Positions 18,995 through 28,555 of a stretch of 64,000 nt of DNA are shown here, piece after piece (within the stretch, counting starts at the first letter, position 1; every line of letters starts with the position of its first letter). Both the position numbers and the translations under genes were made by a program. This DNA is from an uncultured candidate division Zixibacteria bacterium (GTDB lineage: Bacteria > Zixibacteria > MSB-5A5 > GN15 > FEB-12). The notes under the pieces are model-generated. The model saw nothing but the letters and a program-made list of their open reading frames with translations. It was not told the origin of the DNA and searched no databases. The DNA is taken from contig CAVTJJ010000006.1 of the NCBI GenBank assembly GCA_963735035.1, positions 1 to 64,000 on the forward strand. The letters are read 5' to 3'.

Positions 18995-19750
18995 ATGTAT
19001 CCTGAATTAGATGGAAAATGCGCCCTGGTGACCGGAGCCGTCCGCGGTTTCGGTCGGGCAATTTCGCTTAGGCTGGCCGACGAAGGGGTCAAGGTCGTTG
19101 TCAATTATCGTCGTAGCAAAGCCGACGCCCTGGCGGTGGTCGAGGAAATTCAGAAGCGGGGCGGGCAAGCGATAGCCGTCCGCGCCGATGTTGGCAAAGA
19201 AGACAGTCTTGACAAGATGTTCGAGATCATCCGCTCGGAATGTAGCCAACTGAACATCGTGGTAGCCAACGCCGCGTTCGGCGTGCCGGGGACGCTTGTC
19301 GGCTCGACGGCCAAACACTGGGATGTCACCCTGGCGGCCTGTGCCCGATCACTTCTGGATATGACGAAGCGGGCGATGCCACTCATGAACGGTTATGGTC
19401 GAATTATCAGCATCACCAGCGACGGCGGTCAGCGGGTGATCCCTGGCTACGGGGTAGTCGGCCCGGCCAAGGCGGCGCTCGAATCGATCACGCGCGGGCT
19501 GGCGGTCGAGCTGGCTCCGCAAGGGATCCTGGTCAACGGCGTGCTGGCGGGCCTCGCCGATACCAAATCATCGCGCTCGATCCCCGGTGCCGATGCGGTT
19601 CTCGGACACGCGCAGTTTCATACGCCACGCGGGAGAATGATTTCGCCGGACGATGTCGCGCGGGTGGTGACGTTTCTATGTTCGAATGAAGCCGATATGA
19701 TTTGCGGTCAGTTCATCACGGTGGACGGCGGCCGGAACATCATGGGGTAG
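18995..19750 (+). CDS. SDR oxidoreductase, FabL-like enoyl-ACP reductase
   Basis: TGAVRGFG, VANAAFG, YGVVGPAKAALE, GQFITVDGG. Confidence 0.8.
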   Translation: MYPELDGKCALVTGAVRGFGRAISLRLADEGVKVVVNYRRSKADALAVVEEIQKRGGQAIAVRADVGKEDSLDKMFEIIRSECSQLNIVVANAAFGVPGTLVGSTAKHWDVTLAACARSLLDMTKRAMPLMNGYGRIISITSDGGQRVIPGYGVVGPAKAALESITRGLAVELAPQGILVNGVLAGLADTKSSRSIPGADAVLGHAQFHTPRGRMISPDDVARVVTFLCSNEADMICGQFITVDGGRNIMG

Positions 19751-19790
19751 AAAGATTCCATGGGTGCAGGGTACGTACTCTTGCGAGCGA

Positions 19791-19814
19791 ACCCACAGCA
19801 AGCTGTGGGGTACC
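19791..19814 (+). repeat. ACCCACAGCAAGCTGTGGGGTACC, copy 3
   Basis: Identical to 23534-23557. Confidence 0.85.
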
Positions 19815-19825
19815 GAGAAGAGTAG

Positions 19826-19886
19826 TCGGGTGGCCCACCATTTATGGTGGGATTGAGTGTGCCGTCGGGCGTCTCTGCCCGACGGC
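19826..19886 (+). repeat. Composite two-hairpin repeat, left outer flank of the GIY-YIG gene
   Basis: TCGGGTGGCCCACCATTTATGGTGGGATTGAGTGTGCCGTCGGGCGTCTCTGCCCGACGGC; recurs at 20530-20618; second hairpin also inverted at 5918-5944. Confidence 0.85.
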
Positions 19887-20027
19887 GGCTAGTAACTATT
19901 CAACGACGAGTGCTAGCTCGTCACCCTTGCGGAGGCAAGGGCCCAGCCAAGATCGCTATGGCAGTGACATGGACAATTTCGAAACCCCGCGCAAAGAGAA
20001 GGCTTAACAACTGTGAATTCTCCCCGC

Positions 20028-20064
20028 TCCACCTTGACTGGGTTCCTGCCTCCGCAGGAATGAC
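20028..20064 (-). repeat. 37-bp GTCA-tagged palindromic repeat downstream of the GIY-YIG gene
   Basis: Minus strand GTCATTCCTGCGGAGGCAGGAACCCAGTCAAGGTGGA; one mismatch to 20393-20429. Confidence 0.9.
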
Positions 20065-20106
20065 AGAAACAACGTTTGCGTAAAGCAAGAATCGGTGCGC
20101 TCGCAC

Positions 20107-20388
20107 TTAGATCCCATCACTCAGATCTTTCCATTCGGGATTGATTTTCTCGATTAACCTGATCTTCCAGGCGCGTTGCCATCGCTTGATGCGCTTTTCA
20201 GCGACGATTGCCTCGCGAATGTCTCCATGTATTTCGTAATAGACGAGCAAGTGAACCTTGTATTGGTCGGTGAAGCCGGGGAGCGCTCCGGTCTTGTGCT
20301 GAGCTACTCTCAACGGGAGATTCGTGGTCACTCCGGTATATAGAGTTCCGTTTCTGCGGTTGGCCATGATGTAAACAAACGCGGGCAT
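20107..20388 (-). CDS. Small stand-alone GIY-YIG nuclease family protein
   Basis: FVYIMAN..NGTLYTGVT.NL..RV.QHK, LVYYE, EKRIKRW.RAWKI.LIE..NPEW.DL. Confidence 0.92.
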   Translation of the reverse strand: MPAFVYIMANRRNGTLYTGVTTNLPLRVAQHKTGALPGFTDQYKVHLLVYYEIHGDIREAIVAEKRIKRWQRAWKIRLIEKINPEWKDLSDGI

Positions 20389-20392
20389 TCAT

Positions 20393-20429
20393 TCCACCTT
20401 GACTGAGTTCCTGCCTCCGCAGGAATGAC
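20393..20429 (-). repeat. 37-bp GTCA-tagged palindromic repeat upstream of the GIY-YIG gene
   Basis: Direct repeat of 20028-20064; ends 4 nt before the ATG. Confidence 0.9.
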
Positions 20430-20529
20430 GAAGCGTGCGCTTCGTCTGATCTATCGTTCCTTCTTCTGAAGAATGAATTGCAGAATAGACTGACAGGGTG
20501 TGTCAGGGGAAATGCGACTTGTTATGAAA

Positions 20530-20618
20530 TCGGGTGGCCCACCATCTATGGTGGGTTGACGGGTGACCTCCATTCATGGTGGGATTGAGTGTGCCGTCGG
20601 GCGTCTCTGCCCGACGGC
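20530..20618 (+). repeat. Composite repeat, right outer flank, with first hairpin duplicated
   Basis: Matches 19826-19886. Confidence 0.85.
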
Positions 20619-20652
20619 TACCTGATGTTACTTCTTTACAAGAACCTATCAA

Positions 20653-22089
20653 TCACTCCGTATACGATGACGCCCCCGGCACCGGGTCCAGATTCACGCC
20701 CTTGGTCAGCCACGGTTTGAACACCATCGCCACTACCAATCCCAACAGCGCGAACAAACCGAGAATCAACCACATTGCTTCCGGCGATTGCCAGAACCCC
20801 AGCGTGCCGGCCTCGATGCCTGTCCTGATACCTTCAGGGCAGAACCGTACCAACATGTGGCCCGATACGAGCGTGATGAAAGTCTTCGCGACAAAATATG
20901 GCAGCAGCGACATCCCCAGATACGACCCTTCCTGACCGGGCGGCGCCACCGCCGCGGTGTACTCCTGCAGCTTCGGCGACCAGATGATTTCCCCGATCGA
21001 CAGAATGATCAGTTGAATCACCGTCATAGTCGAATACGACACCCCGATATCGGCACCGAACCAGCTCCAGGGAAGGGCCAGCACGAACAATGAGATCGAC
21101 GAGATCACGCCGCCAAAGACGAGCATCTTGAAGATGTTGAACTTGTTGGCGATCGGAATGAACAGAATCAGCCCCACCACGATCAGGACAGGGTTGATCG
21201 CCTGGAAGAGCCCCATGGGGGCTTCGTCGCCGATTACCCTCAGCCAGTATTTCGGCGAGAGGATCGCCATGTAGAGAAAGACCGCGCGCACCCCGATCAC
21301 ACAGCTCACCAGAACGATGAATCTCCAGAATGTGCTCTGGGTGATCACCTCGCGAAGAATTACCCACGGATACTTCCTTGCGGGTTTCTTCTCGGCCTCG
21401 GTGGGCGTCTCACCAACTCCGTAAATCTGCATCTCACTGCGAATGAACAGGAGAGTCATGAGTGTACAAACAACCGCCGACCCTACGCCTATGTTGACAA
21501 TCCAGGTGTTGTCCATCTTCAGGGTGAGGCGAACGAAATCGATCACGAACCCGCCGAGTGCAGCCCCTATGTTCATGACCAGGTACCACATGCTGAACCC
21601 GGCGCTTCGGGCGCGATTGGTGGTGTAGCGACGGATCGCCGCCTGGAACACGGTCTGTACCATCGCTGTACCCGGTGCGAGCAGGAAGAACAGCGGCCAG
21701 ATAATCGTTGTGCGATACGGCATATCGGGGAAGAACCCGCACAGGACGATTCCCCCGCGCGATATCAGCAGGAGCGCCATCGACAGATAGAGCGCTTTCT
21801 TGATGCCGAGCGAGTCGGTGATGAAACCGCTGAAGAACAGCATCAGCGTGACCGTGGTGGTGAACACCGCGAAGATATAGCCGGCGCTGACGTCGGAGAA
21901 GCCGACCGTTTCCGAGAGGAACACGACAGCGATGTTGAGAAAGGCGAAGTAGGCGAACGAGTCGAACAGGTTGATGATCTGGATGGCCCAGTACTCGCGG
22001 GGGCAATCTTTGAGAACTTTGAAATCGAGAAAATACTGACGCATGGCGTCCATGGCGGATCTTTGTTTGGCGGGAGTGGCGGCTTCCAA
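20653..22089 (-). CDS. MFS transporter, POT/oligopeptide-like
   Basis: About 12 hydrophobic segments; GFSMWYLVMNIGAALG, FQAINP, SIGEIIWSPK, APPGQEGSYLG; AGGAG RBS with TTG. Confidence 0.85.
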   Translation of the reverse strand: MEAATPAKQRSAMDAMRQYFLDFKVLKDCPREYWAIQIINLFDSFAYFAFLNIAVVFLSETVGFSDVSAGYIFAVFTTTVTLMLFFSGFITDSLGIKKALYLSMALLLISRGGIVLCGFFPDMPYRTTIIWPLFFLLAPGTAMVQTVFQAAIRRYTTNRARSAGFSMWYLVMNIGAALGGFVIDFVRLTLKMDNTWIVNIGVGSAVVCTLMTLLFIRSEMQIYGVGETPTEAEKKPARKYPWVILREVITQSTFWRFIVLVSCVIGVRAVFLYMAILSPKYWLRVIGDEAPMGLFQAINPVLIVVGLILFIPIANKFNIFKMLVFGGVISSISLFVLALPWSWFGADIGVSYSTMTVIQLIILSIGEIIWSPKLQEYTAAVAPPGQEGSYLGMSLLPYFVAKTFITLVSGHMLVRFCPEGIRTGIEAGTLGFWQSPEAMWLILGLFALLGLVVAMVFKPWLTKGVNLDPVPGASSYTE

Positions 22090-22218
22090 GGTTTGCTCCT
22101 ATCTGTCGTCAGACGCTTGAGTCGTCGAACAAGTCGGGCCTATTTTCCGAGAATATAGGCAGACGCCTCTCCGATGGCAATGGCTTTGTGAGGGGGGCGG
22201 GCGGAAAGGGGTAGGAAA

Positions 22219-22289
22219 GTAGGTCGAAGCCCCTCTGGTTTCGATAATGCTGGAGTCAAATGTAGGTCGAAACCCCTGCGGTTTCGACA
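22219..22289 (+). repeat. Two GTAG REPs upstream of RAYT (22219-22244 degenerate, 22262-22289)
   Basis: GTAGGTCGAAACCCCTGCGGTTTCGACA hairpin. Confidence 0.9.
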
Positions 22290-22300
22290 TTCCGTAGGCC

Positions 22301-22330
22301 TTGACATGTTTCTGTGCGTGTGTATATATT
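22301..22330 (+). promoter_or_regulatory. Putative promoter of RAYT, possibly leaderless
   Basis: TTGACA at 22301 and TATATATT at 22323-22330; ATG at 22337 with no SD. Confidence 0.55.
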
Positions 22331-22336
22331 TGGGCT

Positions 22337-22840
22337 ATGACGAACATCCGGAGGTACTTTGCCGAGGGGCAGACATGCTTCCTCACTCATATCACTCACA
22401 ATCGCATGCCTATCCTGGTCGAGCACTTTGACCTGCTTTGGCAGGCGATGGGAAATTCTCGCGATAAACACGGTCTGGTACTGAATGCTTGGGTTGTACT
22501 CCCGGATCACATTCATATGCTGGTCGACGTTGGCCATACAGATGTCTCGGGCCTGATGCGCCGCGTCAAGTTATCCTTTTCAGCCAATTACCGGAAGCGG
22601 GTTGGCTTGAGAGAAGGGCACATCTGGCAATACAGATTTTGGGATCGCATTATGAGAGATCAGGATGACTTGAATAAACACATCAATTACATTCATTACA
22701 ATCCAGTGAGGCACGGTTTAGTAGATAATCCGTTCTGCTGGAGTTGCTCGACTGCCGCAGAATACCTCAAGGATGGTTACTATGCGCCGGACTGGGGGGT
22801 ACGAGAATCAGTAGAGTTCGAAGGAGAATTCGGTGAATAG
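22337..22840 (+). mobile_element. REP-associated tyrosine transposase (RAYT, Y1 HUH family)
   Basis: FLTHITHNR, AWVVLPDHIH (HUH), IWQYRFWDRIMR, YIHYNPVRHGLV, WSCS; flanked by inverted GTAG REPs. Confidence 0.92.
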
Positions 22841-22852
22841 AGCAGTTGAAGA

Positions 22853-22880
22853 TGTCGAAACCACAGGGGTTTCGACCTAC
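22853..22880 (-). repeat. GTAG REP, inverted, downstream of RAYT
   Basis: TGTCGAAACCACAGGGGTTTCGACCTAC. Confidence 0.9.
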
Positions 22881-22885
22881 AAGAG

Positions 22886-23428
22886 ATGGGAGATACTCTG
22901 GTGAGAAGACATTGGGGTGCCATCGCGCTCTTACTTATTGGCTGGTTACTTGCCGGAACCTGCTCTGGTGCAGATAGCGTTTCACTAACCATCCGTTTTA
23001 TAGATGATCCGCCGTACCAGCACAGTTGGCTGCCATGGGTGGATGATCATCTCCGGTTCGAATTGACGATCAAGAATCTGGCAGATAGTACGATTGCGTT
23101 CGAAAAGACAACGCCATGCTATGACTGCAATCCAAGATTCTTCTTTGAAGATGCTGTTGATGGAAGTAAGCCATTGAGATCGCATGAATTTGACGCGTTG
23201 TTCCGAGTTTCAGACACGAGCTACATAGATCTCGCCATTGGGGTAGCGTTCATTGATACAGTCGATGTGGCCGAGTGGGTGTCGTACGATTTTCTGAAGG
23301 GTCGCGTGTATCAATTCTGGATAGAGTATCTGCCTTTTGTGGGATATAGTTTCAAGGACACGCTGCGAACCGCACCGATCCGGGAGAAGCCTCTTTTCTC
23401 AGATACTCTGGAGTTTACCTTCGAGTAG
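22886..23428 (+). CDS. Hypothetical secreted protein between two REPs
   Basis: Signal-peptide-like N-terminus, CxxC, beta-rich; fills the gap between the REPs. Confidence 0.7.
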   Translation: MGDTLVRRHWGAIALLLIGWLLAGTCSGADSVSLTIRFIDDPPYQHSWLPWVDDHLRFELTIKNLADSTIAFEKTTPCYDCNPRFFFEDAVDGSKPLRSHEFDALFRVSDTSYIDLAIGVAFIDTVDVAEWVSYDFLKGRVYQFWIEYLPFVGYSFKDTLRTAPIREKPLFSDTLEFTFE

Positions 23429-23434
23429 TAGATT

Positions 23435-23462
23435 GTAGGTCGAAACCCCTGTGGTTTCGACA
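23435..23462 (+). repeat. GTAG REP
   Basis: Exact reverse complement of 22853-22880. Confidence 0.9.
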
Positions 23463-23533
23463 CTCTTTGTGCGCTCTGATATAGAAAACCCTGCAGATGT
23501 TCACACCCACCGGGCTTATTCATTTGCGGTCCT

Positions 23534-23557
23534 ACCCACAGCAAGCTGTGGGGTACC
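23534..23557 (+). repeat. ACCCACAGCAAGCTGTGGGGTACC, copy 4
   Basis: Identical to 19791-19814. Confidence 0.85.
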
Positions 23558-23601
23558 CGCTGGCGCACGGGGAGGTACGCCAACCACGAAATCAGCACGC
23601 C

Positions 23602-24999
23602 CTAATTCGGTATATGTATCGCCCGTTTGTGCGCGGCGAGGCCGGATTCCATCAGAGCCTCGGACAACGTCGGATGGATCGCCATCAGATGGCCCAAATC
23701 CTCAGCCGTACAGTCGAGTTCCAAAAGCGCCGTGCCGGTGAATACGATATCGCCCGCATGAGGGCCCACGACATGTATGCCTAAGATCGTATCAGTGTCA
23801 GCATCGGAGATGACTTTGGCAAAGCCGTCGGTGGCCAGTGTCGCCACCGCTTTGCCGATACCCTGATACGGGAACTTGCCGACCCGCACTTTCAGCCCCT
23901 TCTGTGCCGCCTCTTTTTCGGTCAGGCCGACTCCGGCCACTTCAGGATCGCAGAAAACCGCATAGGGCACACCTTTCCAGTCCGCGGTCGCGCCTGAGCC
24001 TGACAGCGCTTCGACCGCGACAATCCCCTCATGTGACGCCTTGTGCGCGAGCAGCGCGCCTCCGGCGACATCGCCAATCGCGTAGATATTTGCAACGTTC
24101 GAGCGCATCTTCTGATCGACTTGCACGAACCCTTTGGCGTCGAGCTTCACGCCGACTTTATCCAGCCCCATGTCGGCTGTATTTGGGATCATCCCGGCCG
24201 CGACCAGCACGGAGTCGTAGGTATGCTCTTCGTTCTTGCCGCCGGTCTCAATCGTGACTTTGACCTTCCCGCCCGTGATTTCGGACTTGATCACTTTCGA
24301 CGCGAGCATGATCTTCATGCCCTGCTTCTTCAGCGACCGCTCAGTGATGGTCGAAATGTCGTTGTCAAGAAATGGCAAAACCGAACTGAGGATTTCGACA
24401 ATGGTAACTTTGGAGCCGAGCGTCTGATACACGGTCGCCATTTCGACTCCGATCGGTCCCGCGCCTACGACCAGCATTTCAGCCGGCACATTCGGAATGT
24501 TGATCGATTCACGCGCACCGATTACCAGCTTGCCGTCCTGTTTGAGCATCGGCAATTGCATCGGATGCGCCCCGGTGGCGATAATGAAATGCTCTGCCTC
24601 GATCTCGGTTTTGGTGGTGTCGCTTGAGACTTCGATCTTAGTAGGGGAGAGGAATCGGGCCGACCCGACAAATGACGTCACCCCTGACTTATCCAGCAAC
24701 ATCTTCACGCCGCCGGTGAGACGCTTGACCGTGGTCTCTTTGTGTTTGCGGAGCAGGTCGAGGTCAATCGAGACGTTGTCGGCTTTGAGGCCGATCCGTT
24801 TTGCCTCTTCGACATGCCGCTTCAACTCGGTCACATGAAGCAGTGTCTTCGAAGGGATACAGCCCCAGTTGAGGCAGACGCCACCGAAATATTCGCGCTC
24901 GACGATCGCGGTCTTGATACCCAACTGTGCGGCCCGAATCGCGGCGACGTAGCCGCCCGGCCCGGCGCCTATTACTACCAATTTGAATTTCTCAGCCAT
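23602..24999 (-). CDS. lpdA: Dihydrolipoyl dehydrogenase (E3)
   Basis: GAGPGGY, GGVCLNWGCIPSK, AIGD, HPTLSE. Confidence 0.96.
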   Translation of the reverse strand: MAEKFKLVVIGAGPGGYVAAIRAAQLGIKTAIVEREYFGGVCLNWGCIPSKTLLHVTELKRHVEEAKRIGLKADNVSIDLDLLRKHKETTVKRLTGGVKMLLDKSGVTSFVGSARFLSPTKIEVSSDTTKTEIEAEHFIIATGAHPMQLPMLKQDGKLVIGARESINIPNVPAEMLVVGAGPIGVEMATVYQTLGSKVTIVEILSSVLPFLDNDISTITERSLKKQGMKIMLASKVIKSEITGGKVKVTIETGGKNEEHTYDSVLVAAGMIPNTADMGLDKVGVKLDAKGFVQVDQKMRSNVANIYAIGDVAGGALLAHKASHEGIVAVEALSGSGATADWKGVPYAVFCDPEVAGVGLTEKEAAQKGLKVRVGKFPYQGIGKAVATLATDGFAKVISDADTDTILGIHVVGPHAGDIVFTGTALLELDCTAEDLGHLMAIHPTLSEALMESGLAAHKRAIHIPN

Positions 25000-25018
25000 G
25001 TTGCCCGACCTTTCAGGT

Positions 25019-26302
25019 TCAGATCACGTCGAGAAGCCATTTGTCCGGCTCCTCAAGATATTCGATCAGGAGCCTAAGGAACTGCACGGCGTACGCGCCG
25101 TCAACAACTCGATGATCGAAAGATAGGCCGAAATTCATGATCGGTCGGATGACAATCTGGCCGTCGCGGACCACCGGTTTCTCGACAATCTTATGGACGC
25201 CCAGAATGGCTACCTGCGGTTTGGCAATAATCGGTGTAGAGGCAATCGCTCCGAGGCCGCCGGCGTTGGTAATCGAGAAAGTGCCGCCGCTAATTTCGCT
25301 CAGTTGGAGCTTGTCGGCGTTGGCTTTTTCACCCAGGTCGCGCATTTCGGTCGCGATCTTAAGTAATGTCTTCTGTTCGCAGTGTTTGATCACCGGGACA
25401 ATCAGCGAATTCTCACGTGCCACAGCCATGCCGATATTGAAGTATTTCTTGACGTGCAGGTTGTCGCCTTCGAAAGTCGCGTTCATCCAGGGATACTTCC
25501 GGGCTGCGAACATGATCGCTTTCGCGATAAACGGCAGGTAAGTCATGTGGACGCCGTGTTCGGTCTGGATCCGTTCAACGTACTTCTTTCGCCAGGCCAC
25601 CAATGCAGACATGTCGCACTCATCGAACGTGGTAACATGCGGGATCGTAAACGCCGAGGCTACCATGTGCTCGGAGATGACTTTGCGCACGCCGCTGATC
25701 GGGATGATCTCTTCGGGCTCGTCCTGCGGGAATACGAAATTGGGTTGGATGATATCGACCGTATGGCGCATCTCTATATACTTGATGACATCGGCCTTGG
25801 ACACCCGTCCGCCCTTGCCGGTCCCGCGCAGTTTGCGCAGGTCGATAAAATGCTCGCGCGCCAGACGCCGCACTACCGGCGAAGACTTGACTGTCTTGAT
25901 ACCGGCCGTGATTTCGTCCTCGTTGGCGTGGATGCCCATATCGGCATGGTGCTGAACCGTCCCGACAAATTCTTCGGGGACCTCGGCGACTTCCTGCTCC
26001 TGCGGGATATGCTCCTTGCCATCCGGCTTGGTGTCGAAAGTCTTGGCCTTGTTGACTTCGCCTTCGACATCCATGATTGCGAGTTCCTGGCCGATCTCTA
26101 CCACGGTGCCAATGGGCAAGAGATGCTTCTTCATGATTCCTGGGTGAGGGGAAGGCAACTCGACATTGATCTTGTCGGTCATGATCTCAACCAGGGGATC
26201 GTCGACCTTGACCTGATCGCCCTCGTTCTTGATCCACTTGACGATAGTCCCTTCGACCACCGATTCGCCCAGCGGGGGCACTATCACTTTGTATTCCATC
26301 AT
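25019..26302 (-). CDS. Dihydrolipoamide acyltransferase (E2) of a 2-oxoacid dehydrogenase
   Basis: Lipoyl domain EIMTDKIN, SPVVRRLARE, GTGKGGRV, SFDHRVVDG. Confidence 0.93.
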   Translation of the reverse strand: MMEYKVIVPPLGESVVEGTIVKWIKNEGDQVKVDDPLVEIMTDKINVELPSPHPGIMKKHLLPIGTVVEIGQELAIMDVEGEVNKAKTFDTKPDGKEHIPQEQEVAEVPEEFVGTVQHHADMGIHANEDEITAGIKTVKSSPVVRRLAREHFIDLRKLRGTGKGGRVSKADVIKYIEMRHTVDIIQPNFVFPQDEPEEIIPISGVRKVISEHMVASAFTIPHVTTFDECDMSALVAWRKKYVERIQTEHGVHMTYLPFIAKAIMFAARKYPWMNATFEGDNLHVKKYFNIGMAVARENSLIVPVIKHCEQKTLLKIATEMRDLGEKANADKLQLSEISGGTFSITNAGGLGAIASTPIIAKPQVAILGVHKIVEKPVVRDGQIVIRPIMNFGLSFDHRVVDGAYAVQFLRLLIEYLEEPDKWLLDVI

Positions 26303-26310
26303 AGGCCCCC

Positions 26311-27294
26311 TTAGTATTCCATTACTTTCTTGACGGCTCGTGCAATCTTGTCGGCGTTCGGCAGGAAGAAATGTTCCATGGGAGGAGCAAACGGAACCGA
26401 TGGAACGTCGAGGCCGCACACACGCGTGACCGGAGCGTCGAGGTAATCGAACACTTCTTCGGTAATTGACGCCGACACTTCTGCCATAACTCCGCCTGTT
26501 TTCGAACCTTCCTGCACGAGAACGACGCGGGAAGTCTTCTTGACCGACTCGAATATCGTCTCGCGATCCCATGGCAGGAGAGTGCGCATGTCGATCAGCT
26601 CGGCAGAGATGCCTTCTTTCTCCAGAGCCGTGACTGCCTCAAGAGCGCGATGATACATCAGTCCGTATGAGACTATCGTAATATCTTTGCCCTTGGTGCG
26701 GACGGCCGCCTTGCCTATCGGGACCGTAAAATCATCTTCCGGGATTTCCTCTTTGATCCAGCGATACAGTCGTTTGTGCTCGAAATAGATCACAGGGTCT
26801 TCGCCCCGGATAGCCGATTTGAGCAACCCCTTGGCATCGTACGGAGTCGACGGCATGAGGACGATAAGTCCGGGCTGAGATACAAACCACTGTTCGTTGG
26901 TCTGCGAATGATACAGCCCGCCGCCGACATCGGCGCCGCAGCAGACGCGCATGGTCATCGGGCAGGTCCATTGACCACCGGTGCGATAGCGGATCTTGGC
27001 CATCTGCTGGATGATTTGATCCATCGACGGCGTTATAAAGTCCGAGAACTGTATTTCCGGGACCGGCCGCAGGCCAACCATCGCCGCCCCGACCGATCCG
27101 CCGGCGATGTAAGCTTCCGAAATAGGAGAGTCAATCACCCGTTCGGCACCATACTTCTCCAGAAGACCCTTGGTGGCTTTGAAAACACCACCGTAGAGAG
27201 CAATGTCCTCACCGATCAGGAACACCCGCTCGTCCCGCGCCATTTCTTCGTCGAGTGCCTGGGTGATAGCTTCTATGTAAGTAACTTTTTTCAT
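26311..27294 (-). CDS. 2-oxoacid dehydrogenase E1 beta subunit
   Basis: GEDI...GGVF, DSPISE, EIQFSDF, YHSQ, DAKGLL. Confidence 0.93.
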   Translation of the reverse strand: MKKVTYIEAITQALDEEMARDERVFLIGEDIALYGGVFKATKGLLEKYGAERVIDSPISEAYIAGGSVGAAMVGLRPVPEIQFSDFITPSMDQIIQQMAKIRYRTGGQWTCPMTMRVCCGADVGGGLYHSQTNEQWFVSQPGLIVLMPSTPYDAKGLLKSAIRGEDPVIYFEHKRLYRWIKEEIPEDDFTVPIGKAAVRTKGKDITIVSYGLMYHRALEAVTALEKEGISAELIDMRTLLPWDRETIFESVKKTSRVVLVQEGSKTGGVMAEVSASITEEVFDYLDAPVTRVCGLDVPSVPFAPPMEHFFLPNADKIARAVKKVMEY

Positions 27295-27350
27295 TGTTTC
27301 ACCGTATCCGTGTCACGTGGTTTTACTCCGGCACAGTCTCCGGGGCCGCG

Positions 27351-28385
27351 CTAATATTCATCCCTTCGCACCGGAAATTGAGCCGAGTAGACGTCGTTGT
27401 AGGCCTCTTCCGGTTCGGAGTATGGCGCTTTCTCGACCGCGGCAATGGCGGCGTCGATTTCCTGGGAAAACTGTTCGGCGAGAGCTTCGCGCTTCTCCAA
27501 TGTCAGTATACCCTGATCCATGAGCACTTTCTCTGCTCGCGGAAGCGGATCCTTCTGCTTCCAAGCTTCGAGTTCTTCCTGAGCCCGGTAGTCGGCCGGA
27601 TCGATCTCGGAATGTCCGTACCAACGATAAGTCTTACATTCGATGAGAGTCGGGCCGCCGCCGCTACGGGCCCTGGCTATAGCTTCCGCCGCAACCGTAT
27701 GAACATTGAATACATCGTTACCGTCGATAGTAACGCCGGGGAAACCGTAGGCTCTGGCGCGCTCCGAGAAATCGACGATGCCAGCCGCAAGGCTTGCGGG
27801 TACCGATTCGGCCCAGAGATTATTCTGGCAAATGTAGACTATCGGCAATTTATGGATGCCGGCGTAATTGAGGGCTTCATGCCAGCCCCCCTGCGCCGTG
27901 GACCCTTCGCCGAAGAACGCCAGCACGACATTGTCTTTCTTCTGAATTCTGAACCCCATCGCACAGCCGGTGCCAATCACGGTCTGAGCGGCCACGGTCG
28001 ACGCCGGTGTGATTACTCCCTTGGGTCGATAGCCGTAATGACAGGGATGGCTTTTGCCCTTGTCCGGTGAACTGGATCGGGCGAATACCTGAGCGGCGAT
28101 TACTTCAAGTGGAACGCCTTTGGTGACATTGGCGCCGATCTCCCGATGCGACGGCGCAATGATGTCTTCCTCGCGGAGGCCATAGGTCGGACCAACCGTC
28201 GTAGCTTCCTGGCCGACTGCCGAGAAGTACGTCCCCGCGAACCGTCCCTGACGGAACACCTTGCGGAACCGTTCATCCAGCAGGCGGGTCTTCAGCAAAT
28301 TCGAATAAAGTCCCAGCATCGTCTGTTCTGACAGTCCGATTTCGCCGGGTTGGGTCTTGCCGGAGGTGTTGGGGTTAGCGGACAT
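27351..28385 (-). CDS. 2-oxoacid dehydrogenase E1 alpha subunit
   Basis: GQEA, FFGEGST..G, QNNLWA, DGND, TYRWYGHSE.D. Confidence 0.93.
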   Translation of the reverse strand: MSANPNTSGKTQPGEIGLSEQTMLGLYSNLLKTRLLDERFRKVFRQGRFAGTYFSAVGQEATTVGPTYGLREEDIIAPSHREIGANVTKGVPLEVIAAQVFARSSSPDKGKSHPCHYGYRPKGVITPASTVAAQTVIGTGCAMGFRIQKKDNVVLAFFGEGSTAQGGWHEALNYAGIHKLPIVYICQNNLWAESVPASLAAGIVDFSERARAYGFPGVTIDGNDVFNVHTVAAEAIARARSGGGPTLIECKTYRWYGHSEIDPADYRAQEELEAWKQKDPLPRAEKVLMDQGILTLEKREALAEQFSQEIDAAIAAVEKAPYSEPEEAYNDVYSAQFPVRRDEY

Positions 28386-28555
28386 TTCTTGACCTCCTGA
28401 GAATTCTATGAGCGTTACTAGACTACTTCTTCTATTCGGACAATCATGACACTATGTTAACTTGAAGCCAGCATCCCGATTAGAAACCATTGCTCCACGA
28501 TCGGTCGGGGTTCTTCGTCGCGTGGGGACCTGACTCGCATCACAGCCGAACGATT

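Noticed and set aside
20028..20429. 37-bp repeats (and the 28-bp REPs) as a CRISPR array
   Set aside because: Only two copies separated by a whole gene; no regular spacers and no cas genes
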